From contig CAVXJS010000021.1 in the NCBI GenBank assembly GCA_963762145.1, positions 96,001 to 160,000 on the forward strand: 64,000 bases of DNA. The letters run 5' to 3'. This document shows, piece after piece, positions 54,322-64,000 of this stretch. Each line of letters starts with the position of its first letter. Positions within the stretch are counted from its first letter, which is position 1. The DNA comes from an uncultured Candidatus Rokubacteria bacterium. Its GTDB lineage: Bacteria > Methylomirabilota > Methylomirabilia > Rokubacteriales > CSP1-6. A program made the translations under genes and the position numbers. A model generated the notes under the pieces. The model ran no database searches. It saw only the letters and a list, made by a program, of their open reading frames with translations, and had not been told where the DNA came from.

Positions 54322-55303
54322 TGACGGTCTTCGCGCCCCGCCCGGCGGTGGCGTGCGCGAAGGCTTCCTCGATGCGCGCGAGGGGGAACCGCGCGCCGAT
54401 CAGCCGCTTCACGCCCAGCTTCGGCAGCAGCGCGAGGGCGCGGCGGAAGGCGGTGCCGCGGCCGTAGGCGCCGTGGATGCGGACCTCGCGGAAGTGGATG
54501 TCGAAGAGATCCATCGGCAGGCGGCTGCCCTTGGGGTTGACGCCGACGAGCTGCAGCACGCCGGTCGGTCTCACCATGGCGAAGGCCTCCCCGACCAGCT
54601 CCGGCTTGCCCACCGCCTCGCAGACCACGTCCGCGCCGCGCCCCCCGGTGAGCGCCATCACGCGATCGTGGAGGCTCTCGAGGGTAGGATCCACCACCAC
54701 GCGGGCGCCGAGCTTGCTCGCGATCTGCCGCCGCTCCTCGAGCGGATCGGACAGGATGAGGCGCGCGGCCCCTCGGCGGCGGGCGATCGCCATCGTGAGG
54801 AGCCCCATGATGCCACCGCCCATCACCACCACCGTCGCGTTGCGCGGCATCGTGAACATCTCGAGCCCGGAGAGGCAGCACGAGGCGGGCTCCGCGAGCG
54901 CGGCGGTGACCGGATCGAGACCCTTGGGCAGGGGGTGCACGCAGTCGAGCGGCAGGGCCGCGCGCTCCGCGAAGCCGCCGACCCGCGTGGCCTTGGCGCA
55001 CTGGCTGATGCGGCCCTGCTTGCAGTGCAGGCACGCGCCGCAGCCGAAGCTCGGCTCGCAGGCGACGGCACGACCGATGAGTCGTCGGTTGACGCCGCGG
55101 CCGACCTCGCGCACCACGCCCGAGTACTCGTGGCCCATGATCATGGGCGGTGTCCACGGGAAGAGGCCCTGGGTCGCGTGCACGTCGGTGCCGCAGATGC
55201 CCGCGGCGGCCACGTCCACCACCACCTGCCCGGGGCCGGCGACCGGATCCGGCGCCTCGTCGAGAGTGAAGCGGCTGCCGCCGCGCCAGGTCGCGACCTT
55301 CAC
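54308..55303 (-). CDS. Zinc-binding alcohol/threonine dehydrogenase family
   Basis: GICGTD, GHEYSG, CGACLHC...C, GGGIMG. Confidence 0.9.
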   Translation of the reverse strand: MKVATWRGGSRFTLDEAPDPVAGPGQVVVDVAAAGICGTDVHATQGLFPWTPPMIMGHEYSGVVREVGRGVNRRLIGRAVACEPSFGCGACLHCKQGRISQCAKATRVGGFAERAALPLDCVHPLPKGLDPVTAALAEPASCCLSGLEMFTMPRNATVVVMGGGIMGLLTMAIARRRGAARLILSDPLEERRQIASKLGARVVVDPTLESLHDRVMALTGGRGADVVCEAVGKPELVGEAFAMVRPTGVLQLVGVNPKGSRLPMDLFDIHFREVRIHGAYGRGTAFRRALALLPKLGVKRLIGARFPLARIEEAFAHATAGRGAKTVITPA

Positions 55304-56409
55304 GGGCGCGCGGCGGCGGCGTGCTTCGAGAACTGCGGCATCACCTGGGTGGCGAGGAGCTCCATCGAGCGGCGCCACAGCGCGGGCTGATCCCAGTCGT
55401 GCCCGCCCATCAGGAGCGTGCCGAAGGGACCGGTCTCCTCGCGCAGAGCCACCAGCTGCTCCAGCACGCGGCGAGGGCTGCCCGCGATGACGAGGGCGCG
55501 CTTGATCATGTCCTCCGTCACGTCCTCGTCGGGGATGAGGAGGTCGGGCTTGAGCATGAACAGCGCCTTGCGTCCCTTCGAGAAGCTGTGGTGGAAGAAG
55601 TGGTAGTAGAACGAGAGCCCGTTGTCGGGATCGGCCAGGTACTCCTCGGCCTGCGCGTCGCTCTCGGTGACGAGCACGCTCCTCGAGACGCGCCAGATGC
55701 TCGGATCGGGCCGCCGCCCCACCCGCTCGCAGCCCTCGACGTACTTCTCCCAGTGCCCGCGCAGGTAGCGGCGGTGGAAGAACTGGCCCGAGATCGGGAT
55801 CCAGCCGCGCTCGCCCGCGGTGATCGCGCTGTTCGAGTTGGGCGTGAGCAGCGAGAGCGCGATCGGCGGGTGCGGCTGCTGGTAGGGCCGCGGCACGGTG
55901 CCGACCTTGAACTCGGGCCAGATCCCGTTCTTCAACGAGATCTTCCAGAACTTCCCGTCTATCTCGTAGGGCGGGTCCTGGGCCCACAGCTTGAGCACGG
56001 TCTCGATCGACTCGATGACCATCTGCGGGCGCAGCTCGGCCTGGCCCACGTCGAACATCTCCAGATCGCTCACGAGACCGCCGGGGCCGATGCCCATGAT
56101 GAAGCGGCCCCGGCAGAGCTGGTCGAACATGGCCGCGTGGGCGGCCACCGTGGCGGGGTGGAGCTGCGGCAGGTTGATGACCCCGGTGCCGAAGCGGATC
56201 TGGGTGGTGCGGGGAATCAGCGTCGCGAAGAAGATGAGGGGCGAGGTGATGCGCTCGCTCCACGATGAGAAATGCTCGCCCACGAAGGCCTCGGTGAAGC
56301 CGAGCCGGTCGGCCAGGACGATCGCCTCCTGATCCTCCTCGAGGATGGTGGCGTAGTCCCGATCCGGGTGATGGAACGGCATGGTGAACATGCCGAGCTT
56401 GACCGTCAT
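55300..56409 (-). CDS. LLM-class flavin-dependent monooxygenase
   Basis: KLGMFTMPFH, AFVGEHF, GTGVINLP, GIGPGGL.SD. Confidence 0.9.
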   Translation of the reverse strand: MTVKLGMFTMPFHHPDRDYATILEEDQEAIVLADRLGFTEAFVGEHFSSWSERITSPLIFFATLIPRTTQIRFGTGVINLPQLHPATVAAHAAMFDQLCRGRFIMGIGPGGLVSDLEMFDVGQAELRPQMVIESIETVLKLWAQDPPYEIDGKFWKISLKNGIWPEFKVGTVPRPYQQPHPPIALSLLTPNSNSAITAGERGWIPISGQFFHRRYLRGHWEKYVEGCERVGRRPDPSIWRVSRSVLVTESDAQAEEYLADPDNGLSFYYHFFHHSFSKGRKALFMLKPDLLIPDEDVTEDMIKRALVIAGSPRRVLEQLVALREETGPFGTLLMGGHDWDQPALWRRSMELLATQVMPQFSKHAAAARP

Positions 56410-56443
56410 CGAGGCCTCCGTGGGCGCACGAGAATGTCTCCGA

Positions 56444-57049
56444 CTACTTCTTGGCGCCCAGCCTGGTCTCGAGCAGGAGCTTGACCTCGGCCGCCGCGGC
56501 ACGCCAGAGCGCGCCACCGGGCTTGTCGTACTCGGCCTGGACCTGGGCGCGGAACTCGTTCATCGCCGCGTCCTGCTGCTCCTTCGACGCGCCCTGGGGC
56601 ACCGCGCCGAGGGTGCGGGCGCGGATCCCGGAGGCCACGGTGGTCGCGCCGTGTGCGCGCTCGAGCCAGCGGCCGATCTCGTTCCAGTCCTTGTCGAAGA
56701 AGACGACCACCGGAATGGACTGGTAGCCGTTGTTCAGGAAGGCGTCGCGCAGGTCCGCGTTCTGGTCGCGCAGGAACACGCGCAGCTCGGCACCCGGCAT
56801 CGCCTCGACGATGTGCGCGATCAGGGGGGAGTTGCGGTGCACGTCGCCGCACCAGTTCTCGGCGAGCATCACGACGTACTTGACCCCGCTGACGGAGCTG
56901 AAGAACTTGCGCTCCTCGTCGGTCAGCTTGGAGTTGGCGTAGTTCCCTTCGGTCTTGGCCCGGGTGTCGCCCATCTGGGCCATGTAGTCCTTCCAGGTCT
57001 GGCCGGAGTTGAAGCGCTTCTCATCGAGAGGAATTCTGAGCTGAGCCAT
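56444..57049 (-). CDS. Thioredoxin-like protein (Thioredoxin_9 type), monothiol
   Basis: AENWCGDV, FLRDQN, SIPVVVF, WLER. Confidence 0.8.
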   Translation of the reverse strand: MAQLRIPLDEKRFNSGQTWKDYMAQMGDTRAKTEGNYANSKLTDEERKFFSSVSGVKYVVMLAENWCGDVHRNSPLIAHIVEAMPGAELRVFLRDQNADLRDAFLNNGYQSIPVVVFFDKDWNEIGRWLERAHGATTVASGIRARTLGAVPQGASKEQQDAAMNEFRAQVQAEYDKPGGALWRAAAAEVKLLLETRLGAKK

Positions 57050-57100
57050 TTCGTTGTCCTCGCTTCGGTGTGAGGTTGTGGTTTGGGACGTTGCTTCGGT

Positions 57101-57136
57101 TTACGGCTCCTTCGATTACCGCTCCTTCGATTGCCG
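57101..57136. repeat. 15-bp tandem repeat (~2.4 copies)
   Basis: TTACGGCTCCTTCGA-TTACCGCTCCTTCGA-TTGCCG. Confidence 0.75.
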
Positions 57137-57481
57137 TTTACTACAACAGCCTTTCACTGCTTTTCTTATGGTCGCCTCGCCTTCGGCTGCGGCTCCCCCT
57201 GCACTTCCACCTTCCATGGCCGCGAGGAGCATCACCTCGGCGCCGTCGCGGAGCGGGGTGGCGTGATCGGCCAGCTCGCCGTCCACCGCGGCGGTGAGAT
57301 CGGTCGCTGCGGTGATGCCGAGCGTGGCGAGCAGATCGCCCAGGTTGGCGCCGTCTGCCAGGGTGTGCCGCCAGGGTCCGTCGGGGCTCCCGGGCAAGAG
57401 CCGGCGCAAACCCGCGGACAGGATGACCGACACGCCGATCGTGCGGGCCTCGGTGCGCGCTGCGTCGTGAAGCCGGCTCAT
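57116..57481 (-). CDS. MoaD/ThiS family ubiquitin-like protein with a C-terminal extension after GG
   Basis: VILSAGLRR, LGDLLATLGI, AVDGE, LRDGAEVMLLAAMEGG, then about 29 extra residues. Confidence 0.75.
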   Translation of the reverse strand: MSRLHDAARTEARTIGVSVILSAGLRRLLPGSPDGPWRHTLADGANLGDLLATLGITAATDLTAAVDGELADHATPLRDGAEVMLLAAMEGGSAGGAAAEGEATIRKAVKGCCSKRQSKER

Positions 57482-57514
57482 GGGGTGACCAGGGCGGAGT
57501 ATACTACGCCGCGA

Positions 57515-58261
57515 ATGAGCCGGCGGGATTGGTTCAAGCACTTCTTCGACGCGAGCTATGTCGCGGCGCTGCGTGAAGAAAAGCCCGTCGAGCAGACGCG
57601 CCTCGAGGTGGCCTTCGTGCTCCACAGTCTGCGCCCCCCCGAGGGTGCGCGCATCCTCGACCTGCCCTGCGGGTACGGCCGCCACGCGGCCCTGCTGGCG
57701 CGACATGGCTTTCGCGTGGTCGGCGTGGACCTCTCGCGGGCGATGCTCGCGGAGGCGCGACGCCGCTTCACCGAGGGGCCGCGTCTGCGCTTCCGGCGGG
57801 AGGACATGCGCCGCATCGCCTTTCGGGAGGAATTCGACGCGGTGGTCAATCTCTACACGAGCTTCGGCTACTTCACGCCCGCCCAGAACGTGGCCACCCT
57901 GCGCCGCATGGCGCGCGCGCTGCGGCCGGGCGGGCGGCTGCTGGTGGACCACCGGGATCCGACCTACGACGCGGGCCTGCCGCGCCGGCTCTGGTACCGG
58001 ACCGGGCGGAATCGATTCGTGCTCGAGGAGCGGCACTTCGATCGACGCACGAAGACGACGGACAGCACGCAGCTCATCGTCACCGCCGGGCAGCGGTGGG
58101 TGGCGCAGAGGACCCTGCGCGTTCAGGAGTTCTCGCTCGCTCAGTGGCGACGGATGCTCCGCGACGTCGGCCTGCGATTCCTCCGGGCCTATTCGGGATA
58201 CGATGGACGACCGTATCGCACGGGCTCGACGGGCCGGCTCATCTTGGTGGCCGAGAAGTAG
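57515..58261 (+). CDS. Class I SAM-dependent methyltransferase
   Basis: ILDLPCGYGRH, GVDLS, EDMR, FDAVVNLYTSFGYF, LRPGGR. Confidence 0.9.
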   Translation: MSRRDWFKHFFDASYVAALREEKPVEQTRLEVAFVLHSLRPPEGARILDLPCGYGRHAALLARHGFRVVGVDLSRAMLAEARRRFTEGPRLRFRREDMRRIAFREEFDAVVNLYTSFGYFTPAQNVATLRRMARALRPGGRLLVDHRDPTYDAGLPRRLWYRTGRNRFVLEERHFDRRTKTTDSTQLIVTAGQRWVAQRTLRVQEFSLAQWRRMLRDVGLRFLRAYSGYDGRPYRTGSTGRLILVAEK

Positions 58262-58272
58262 AGGAGGGGCGA

Positions 58273-58452
58273 ATGACGGAACGCAGGTCCGGCGCCACGC
58301 TCATGATGGCCGGGTTGATCGTCGCGTTCATTGGCCTGTGCATCGTGCTGGTGCAGGTCCTCCAGGTGCCACGCTACTGGGTGCCTCTGATGGTCGGAGT
58401 CGGGATCTTCCTCGTCGGCCTCGTCCGGTGGCTCACCGCGCGCGATTCGTAG
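58273..58452 (+). CDS. Small two-TM hypothetical membrane protein
   Basis: GGAGG RBS; two hydrophobic segments. Confidence 0.6.
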   Translation: MTERRSGATLMMAGLIVAFIGLCIVLVQVLQVPRYWVPLMVGVGIFLVGLVRWLTARDS

Positions 58453-58462
58453 TAGCGACGCC

Positions 58463-58491
58463 TTGACAGGCGGGGCCTCGCGGCGTAGCAT
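58463..58491 (+). promoter_or_regulatory. Sigma70 promoter of the pyr operon
   Basis: TTGACA-17 bp-TAGCAT. Confidence 0.8.
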
Positions 58492-58510
58492 ACGAGCACA
58501 TCACGATTCA

Positions 58511-59167
<657 letters not shown>

Positions 59168-59171
59168 GACG

Positions 59172-60098
59172 ATGAGCTGGAAGCGCAAGGATCTGCTCGG
59201 CATGCAGGACCTCGACGCGGCCGAGATCATCGACGTGCTCGACACCGCCTCGTCGATGAAGGAGATCGCGGCCCGCGAGATCAAGAAGGTTCCCACCCTT
59301 CGGGGCAAGACGGTGGTGAATCTCTTCTACGAGTCGTCGACCCGCACCCGGACCTCCTTTGAGATCGCGGGCAAGTGGCTCTCCGCGGACGTGATCAACT
59401 TCTCCGCCTCCGGCTCGAGCGCGGACAAGGGCGAGAGCCTGCTCGACACCGCGCGCAACATCGAGGCCATGAGCCCGGACGTGGTGGTGGTGCGTCACAA
59501 GGCGGCGGGTGCCCCCGCCCTGCTGGCCCGGCACCTGCGCTGCGGGGTGATCAACGCGGGCGACGGCGCCCACGAGCACCCGACCCAGGCCCTGCTCGAC
59601 CTCATGACGATCCGCGAGAAGAAGGGGCACCTCGAAGGCCTCAACGTCACGATCGTGGGCGACATCACCCACAGCCGCGTCGCGCGCTCCGACATCCACG
59701 GCATGCGGAAGATGGGCATCACGGTGACGGTGGCGGGCCCGCCCACGCTGATCCCGGCCCAGTGCCAGGAGCTCGGCGTGAAGGTCAGCCACCGCCTCGA
59801 GGAAGCGATCGCCCACGCCGACGTGATCATGATGCTGCGCCTGCAGCACGAACGGATGCAGGGCGGCTTCATCCCGTCGCTGCGCGAGTACTCGCGGGTG
59901 TGGGGGCTCTCCCTGGCCAAGCTCGAGCACTGCCGGCCCGACGTCCTGATCATGCACCCGGGCCCGGTGAACCGCGGCGTCGAGCTGGCCCCCGAGGTGG
60001 CGGACAGCGCCTACTCGGTCATCCTCGACCAGGTCTCCAACGGAGTGGCCGTTCGGATGGCGGTGCTCTACATGCTGGCCGGGAGCAAGGGCGCATGA
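59172..60098 (+). CDS. pyrB: Aspartate carbamoyltransferase
   Basis: [31 protein letters not shown]. Confidence 0.97.
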   Translation: MSWKRKDLLGMQDLDAAEIIDVLDTASSMKEIAAREIKKVPTLRGKTVVNLFYESSTRTRTSFEIAGKWLSADVINFSASGSSADKGESLLDTARNIEAMSPDVVVVRHKAAGAPALLARHLRCGVINAGDGAHEHPTQALLDLMTIREKKGHLEGLNVTIVGDITHSRVARSDIHGMRKMGITVTVAGPPTLIPAQCQELGVKVSHRLEEAIAHADVIMMLRLQHERMQGGFIPSLREYSRVWGLSLAKLEHCRPDVLIMHPGPVNRGVELAPEVADSAYSVILDQVSNGVAVRMAVLYMLAGSKGA

Positions 60099-61369
60099 AC
60101 CTGCTGATCAAGGGCGGGCGCGTGGTCGATCCGGCCGGCGCCACCGACGCGGTCCAGGACGTCTGGATCGCGGACGGCCGCATCCACAAGGTCGGCCGGG
60201 GCCTGAAGCCGCCCGCGGGCGCCGAGACGGTGGACGCGACCGGCAAGGTGGTGTGCCCGGGCTTCATCGACATCCACGTGCACCTGCGCGAGCCGGGCTT
60301 CGAGTACAAGGAGACCATCGCGAGCGGCACGCGGGCCGCCGCGGCGGGCGGCTTCACCGCGGTCGCGTGCATGGCCAATACCTTCCCGGTCAACGACAAC
60401 CGCGCGGTCACCGACTACATCCTGGCCCGCGCGAAGGTGGAGGGCGTCGTCCGCGTGTACCCCATCGGCGCGGTGACCCGCAACCTCGAGGGCAAGCAGC
60501 TCGCGGAGCTGGCCGAGCAGGCCGAGGCCGGCTGCGTGGCCTTCTCCGACGACGGCAAGTGCGTGATGAACGCCGAGCTGTACCGCCGGGCGATGGAGTA
60601 CGCCCTGCCCTTCGGCGTGCCGATCATCAGCCACGCGGAGGACTGCGAGCTCGCGCACCGCGGGGCCATGCACGAGGGGTTCGTGTCCACCGACCTCGGG
60701 CTCACCGGCCAGCCCGCCGCCGCCGAGGACGTGATGGTGGCGCGCGACATCATCCTCGCCGAGCTGACCGGCGCGCACCTCCACATCGCGCACATCTCCA
60801 CCGCGGGCGCGGTGCGGCTCGTGCGCGACGCCAAGGCGCGCGGCGTCCGGGTGACCGCGGAGGTGACCCCGCATCACCTGCTGCTCACCGACGAGGTCGT
60901 GCGCAGTTACGACTCCAACTGCAAGATGGCGCCTCCGCTGCGCGGCAAGCGCGACGTCGAGGCGTGCCTGGAAGCCCTGGTGGACGGCACCATCGACTGC
61001 GTGGCCACCGACCACGCGCCGCACGCGCTCTCCGAGAAGGAAGGCGAGTTCGCGGAGGCCGCCAACGGCATCGTGGGCCTCGAGACCGCGGTCCCCCTGC
61101 TCCTCGATCGCCTCGTGCGGCCCGGGGTGCTCGATCTCCCGACCCTCGTGACCCGGCTCAGCACCGGTCCCGCGCGGCTCCTGAACCTGCCCGGCGGCAG
61201 CCTCGCGCCCGGCGCCGCCGCCGACGTCACGATCCTCGACCTGGAGCGGAGATGGACGGTGGATCCGGCCGCGTTCCGGTCGCGCGGCCGCAGCACGCCG
61301 TTCGCGGGACTCACCGGCGCGGGCGCGCCGTGGATGACCCTGGTCGGCGGCGTCAAGGTGGCGTCGTGA
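60095..61369 (+). CDS. pyrC: Dihydroorotase
   Basis: [21 protein letters not shown]. Confidence 0.95.
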   Translation: MNLLIKGGRVVDPAGATDAVQDVWIADGRIHKVGRGLKPPAGAETVDATGKVVCPGFIDIHVHLREPGFEYKETIASGTRAAAAGGFTAVACMANTFPVNDNRAVTDYILARAKVEGVVRVYPIGAVTRNLEGKQLAELAEQAEAGCVAFSDDGKCVMNAELYRRAMEYALPFGVPIISHAEDCELAHRGAMHEGFVSTDLGLTGQPAAAEDVMVARDIILAELTGAHLHIAHISTAGAVRLVRDAKARGVRVTAEVTPHHLLLTDEVVRSYDSNCKMAPPLRGKRDVEACLEALVDGTIDCVATDHAPHALSEKEGEFAEAANGIVGLETAVPLLLDRLVRPGVLDLPTLVTRLSTGPARLLNLPGGSLAPGAAADVTILDLERRWTVDPAAFRSRGRSTPFAGLTGAGAPWMTLVGGVKVAS

Positions 61370-62495
61370 CCCGGCCGGTCCTGCTCGCGCTCGCCGACGG
61401 GCGCGTCTTCCGCGGCGAGGCCCTGGGCGCCGCGGGCGAGGCCACGGCGAGGTCGTGTTCAACACGTCGATGACCGGCTACCAGGAGATCCTCACCGATC
61501 CGTCCTACCGCGGGCAGATCGTCTGCATGACCTATCCCCTGATCGGCAACTACGGCATCAATCCGGAGGACGTCGAGTCGCGGCGGCCCTGGCTGGCCGG
61601 CTTCATCGTGAAGGAGGCCTGCCCGTTCCCTTCGAGCTGGCGCGCCCGGGTGTCGCTCGACGACCTACCTGCGCGAGAACGGGATCGTCGGGATCCAGGG
61701 CCTCGACACGCGGGCGCTGACCCGGCACCTCCGCGACCACGGCGCCCAGGAGGGCATCATCTCCACCGAGGAGCCCGACGCGACGCGGCTCGCGGAGCGG
61801 GCGCGGGCCCTGCCCGGCCTGCTCGGGCGCGACCTGGTCACCGAGGTGAGCGTGACACAGCCCCACGGCTGGGACGAGGCGCCGTGGGACCTGGCGCGCG
61901 GCTACACGACGCCGCCCGCCCCCCGCTTCAAGGTCATCGCGTTCGACTCGGGGATCAAGCAGAACATCCTGCGCTGCCTCGCCGGGCTCGGCTGCCAGGT
62001 CGAGGTGGTGCCCGCGGACACGACGCGCGGCTGCGGTCCTCGAGCGGAAGCCGGACGGCGTCTTCCTCTCCAACGGGCCCGGCGACCCCGAGGCGGTGCC
62101 GTACCTCATCGAGACCGTGCGCGGGCTGGTCGGGAAGACGCCGATCTTCGGCATCTGCCTGGGCAACCAGATCCTCGGCTTGGCGCTCGGCGGCAACACC
62201 TACAAGCTCAAGTTCGGCCATCACGGCGCCAACCACCCGGTGAAGGACCTCGCCACCGGGCGCGTGGAGATCACCGCGCAGAACCATGGCTTCGCGGTGG
62301 ACCCGACGTCGCCTGCGCGAAGCCGGGCTGGAGGAGACCCACGTGAACCTCAACGACGGCACGTCGGAGGGGATGCGGCACCGCGAGCTGCCGGTCTTCG
62401 CCGTGCAGTACCACCCGGAGGCCTCGCCCGGGCCCGCACGACTCGCACTACCTGTTCCGTCGCTTCGCTGACCTGCATGGACGAAGGGAGGGTGA
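61366..62495 (+). CDS. carA: Carbamoyl-phosphate synthase small subunit (about five frameshifts; end approximate)
   Basis: [42 protein letters not shown] distributed across frames. Confidence 0.9.
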
Positions 62496-62499
62496 ACCG

Positions 62500-62766
62500 A
62501 TGCCCAAATATCTCATCGCCTATCGCAAGACCGAGGAATCGGGCCAGAAGCCGGACTGGGCGGTCTTCACGACCGACAGCGAGCTGAGCCTCGAGGCGCA
62601 CGCGGTGAAGGAGCGCGTCGAGAAGCGCATGAGCGTGCTCGGCGAGAAGCTGTGGGGCAACGGAGAGGCCACCTGGATCGGCAACGGCCGCCTCGACGAC
62701 GTGCTCTACCGGCGGGACGAGGCCACCCCCGAGACGTCCATCGTCTACGGGTTGATCGACGCCTAG
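62500..62766 (+). CDS. Hypothetical 88-aa protein between carA and carB
   Basis: GGAGG RBS; GC3-biased codons; ATG to TAG; no recognised motif. Confidence 0.7.
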   Translation: MPKYLIAYRKTEESGQKPDWAVFTTDSELSLEAHAVKERVEKRMSVLGEKLWGNGEATWIGNGRLDDVLYRRDEATPETSIVYGLIDA

Positions 62767-62774
62767 GAGCCCGC

Positions 62775-64000
<1,226 letters not shown>

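Noticed and set aside
54308-56263. Apparent long N-terminal extensions on the Zn dehydrogenase (and similarly hemW, pyrC, the epimerase)
   Set aside because: Upstream open-frame artefacts; each gene has a plausible start overlapping or next to the previous stop.
57101-57136. CRISPR-like array
   Set aside because: Only ~2.4 adjacent 15-bp units, no spacers and no cas genes.

Overview
High-GC (~70% by eye) bacterial chromosomal window. Gene style and content resemble Candidatus Rokubacteria/Methylomirabilota (inference only). At least a dozen genes, including carA and carB, have single-base frameshifts that look like long-read indel errors. Contents in order: a divergent gamma-glutamyl pair, a CPBP protease, two hydrolases and a TRAP transporter; a minus-strand run of acyl-CoA dehydrogenase pair, sensorless hybrid kinase, NUDIX, aryl-CoA ligase, thioesterase, HpaD-like extradiol dioxygenase and a Liv-type ABC transporter; a caa3 oxidase operon with ctaG/ctaA/ctaB; nucleotide-sugar genes; lepA-lepB-hemW-hrcA-grpE-dnaJ-prmA-rsmE-archease; lpxC with a sigma54 promoter, then DUF4390-ntrY-ntrX; a deaminase; a STAND-type cyclase followed by an orphan basic protein and an M36-like peptidase; several redox genes; and a PyrR-attenuated pyrRBC-carA-orf-carB operon. 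No rRNA, tRNA, CRISPR array or transposase was recognised. The main non-routine signals are a dispersed G-tract+hairpin repeat family (one exact 36-nt copy pair), many leaderless and bidirectional promoters, probable CTG starts, sigma54 control of lpxC, the aryl-CoA/extradiol cluster, and the cyclase-orphan-peptidase triad.
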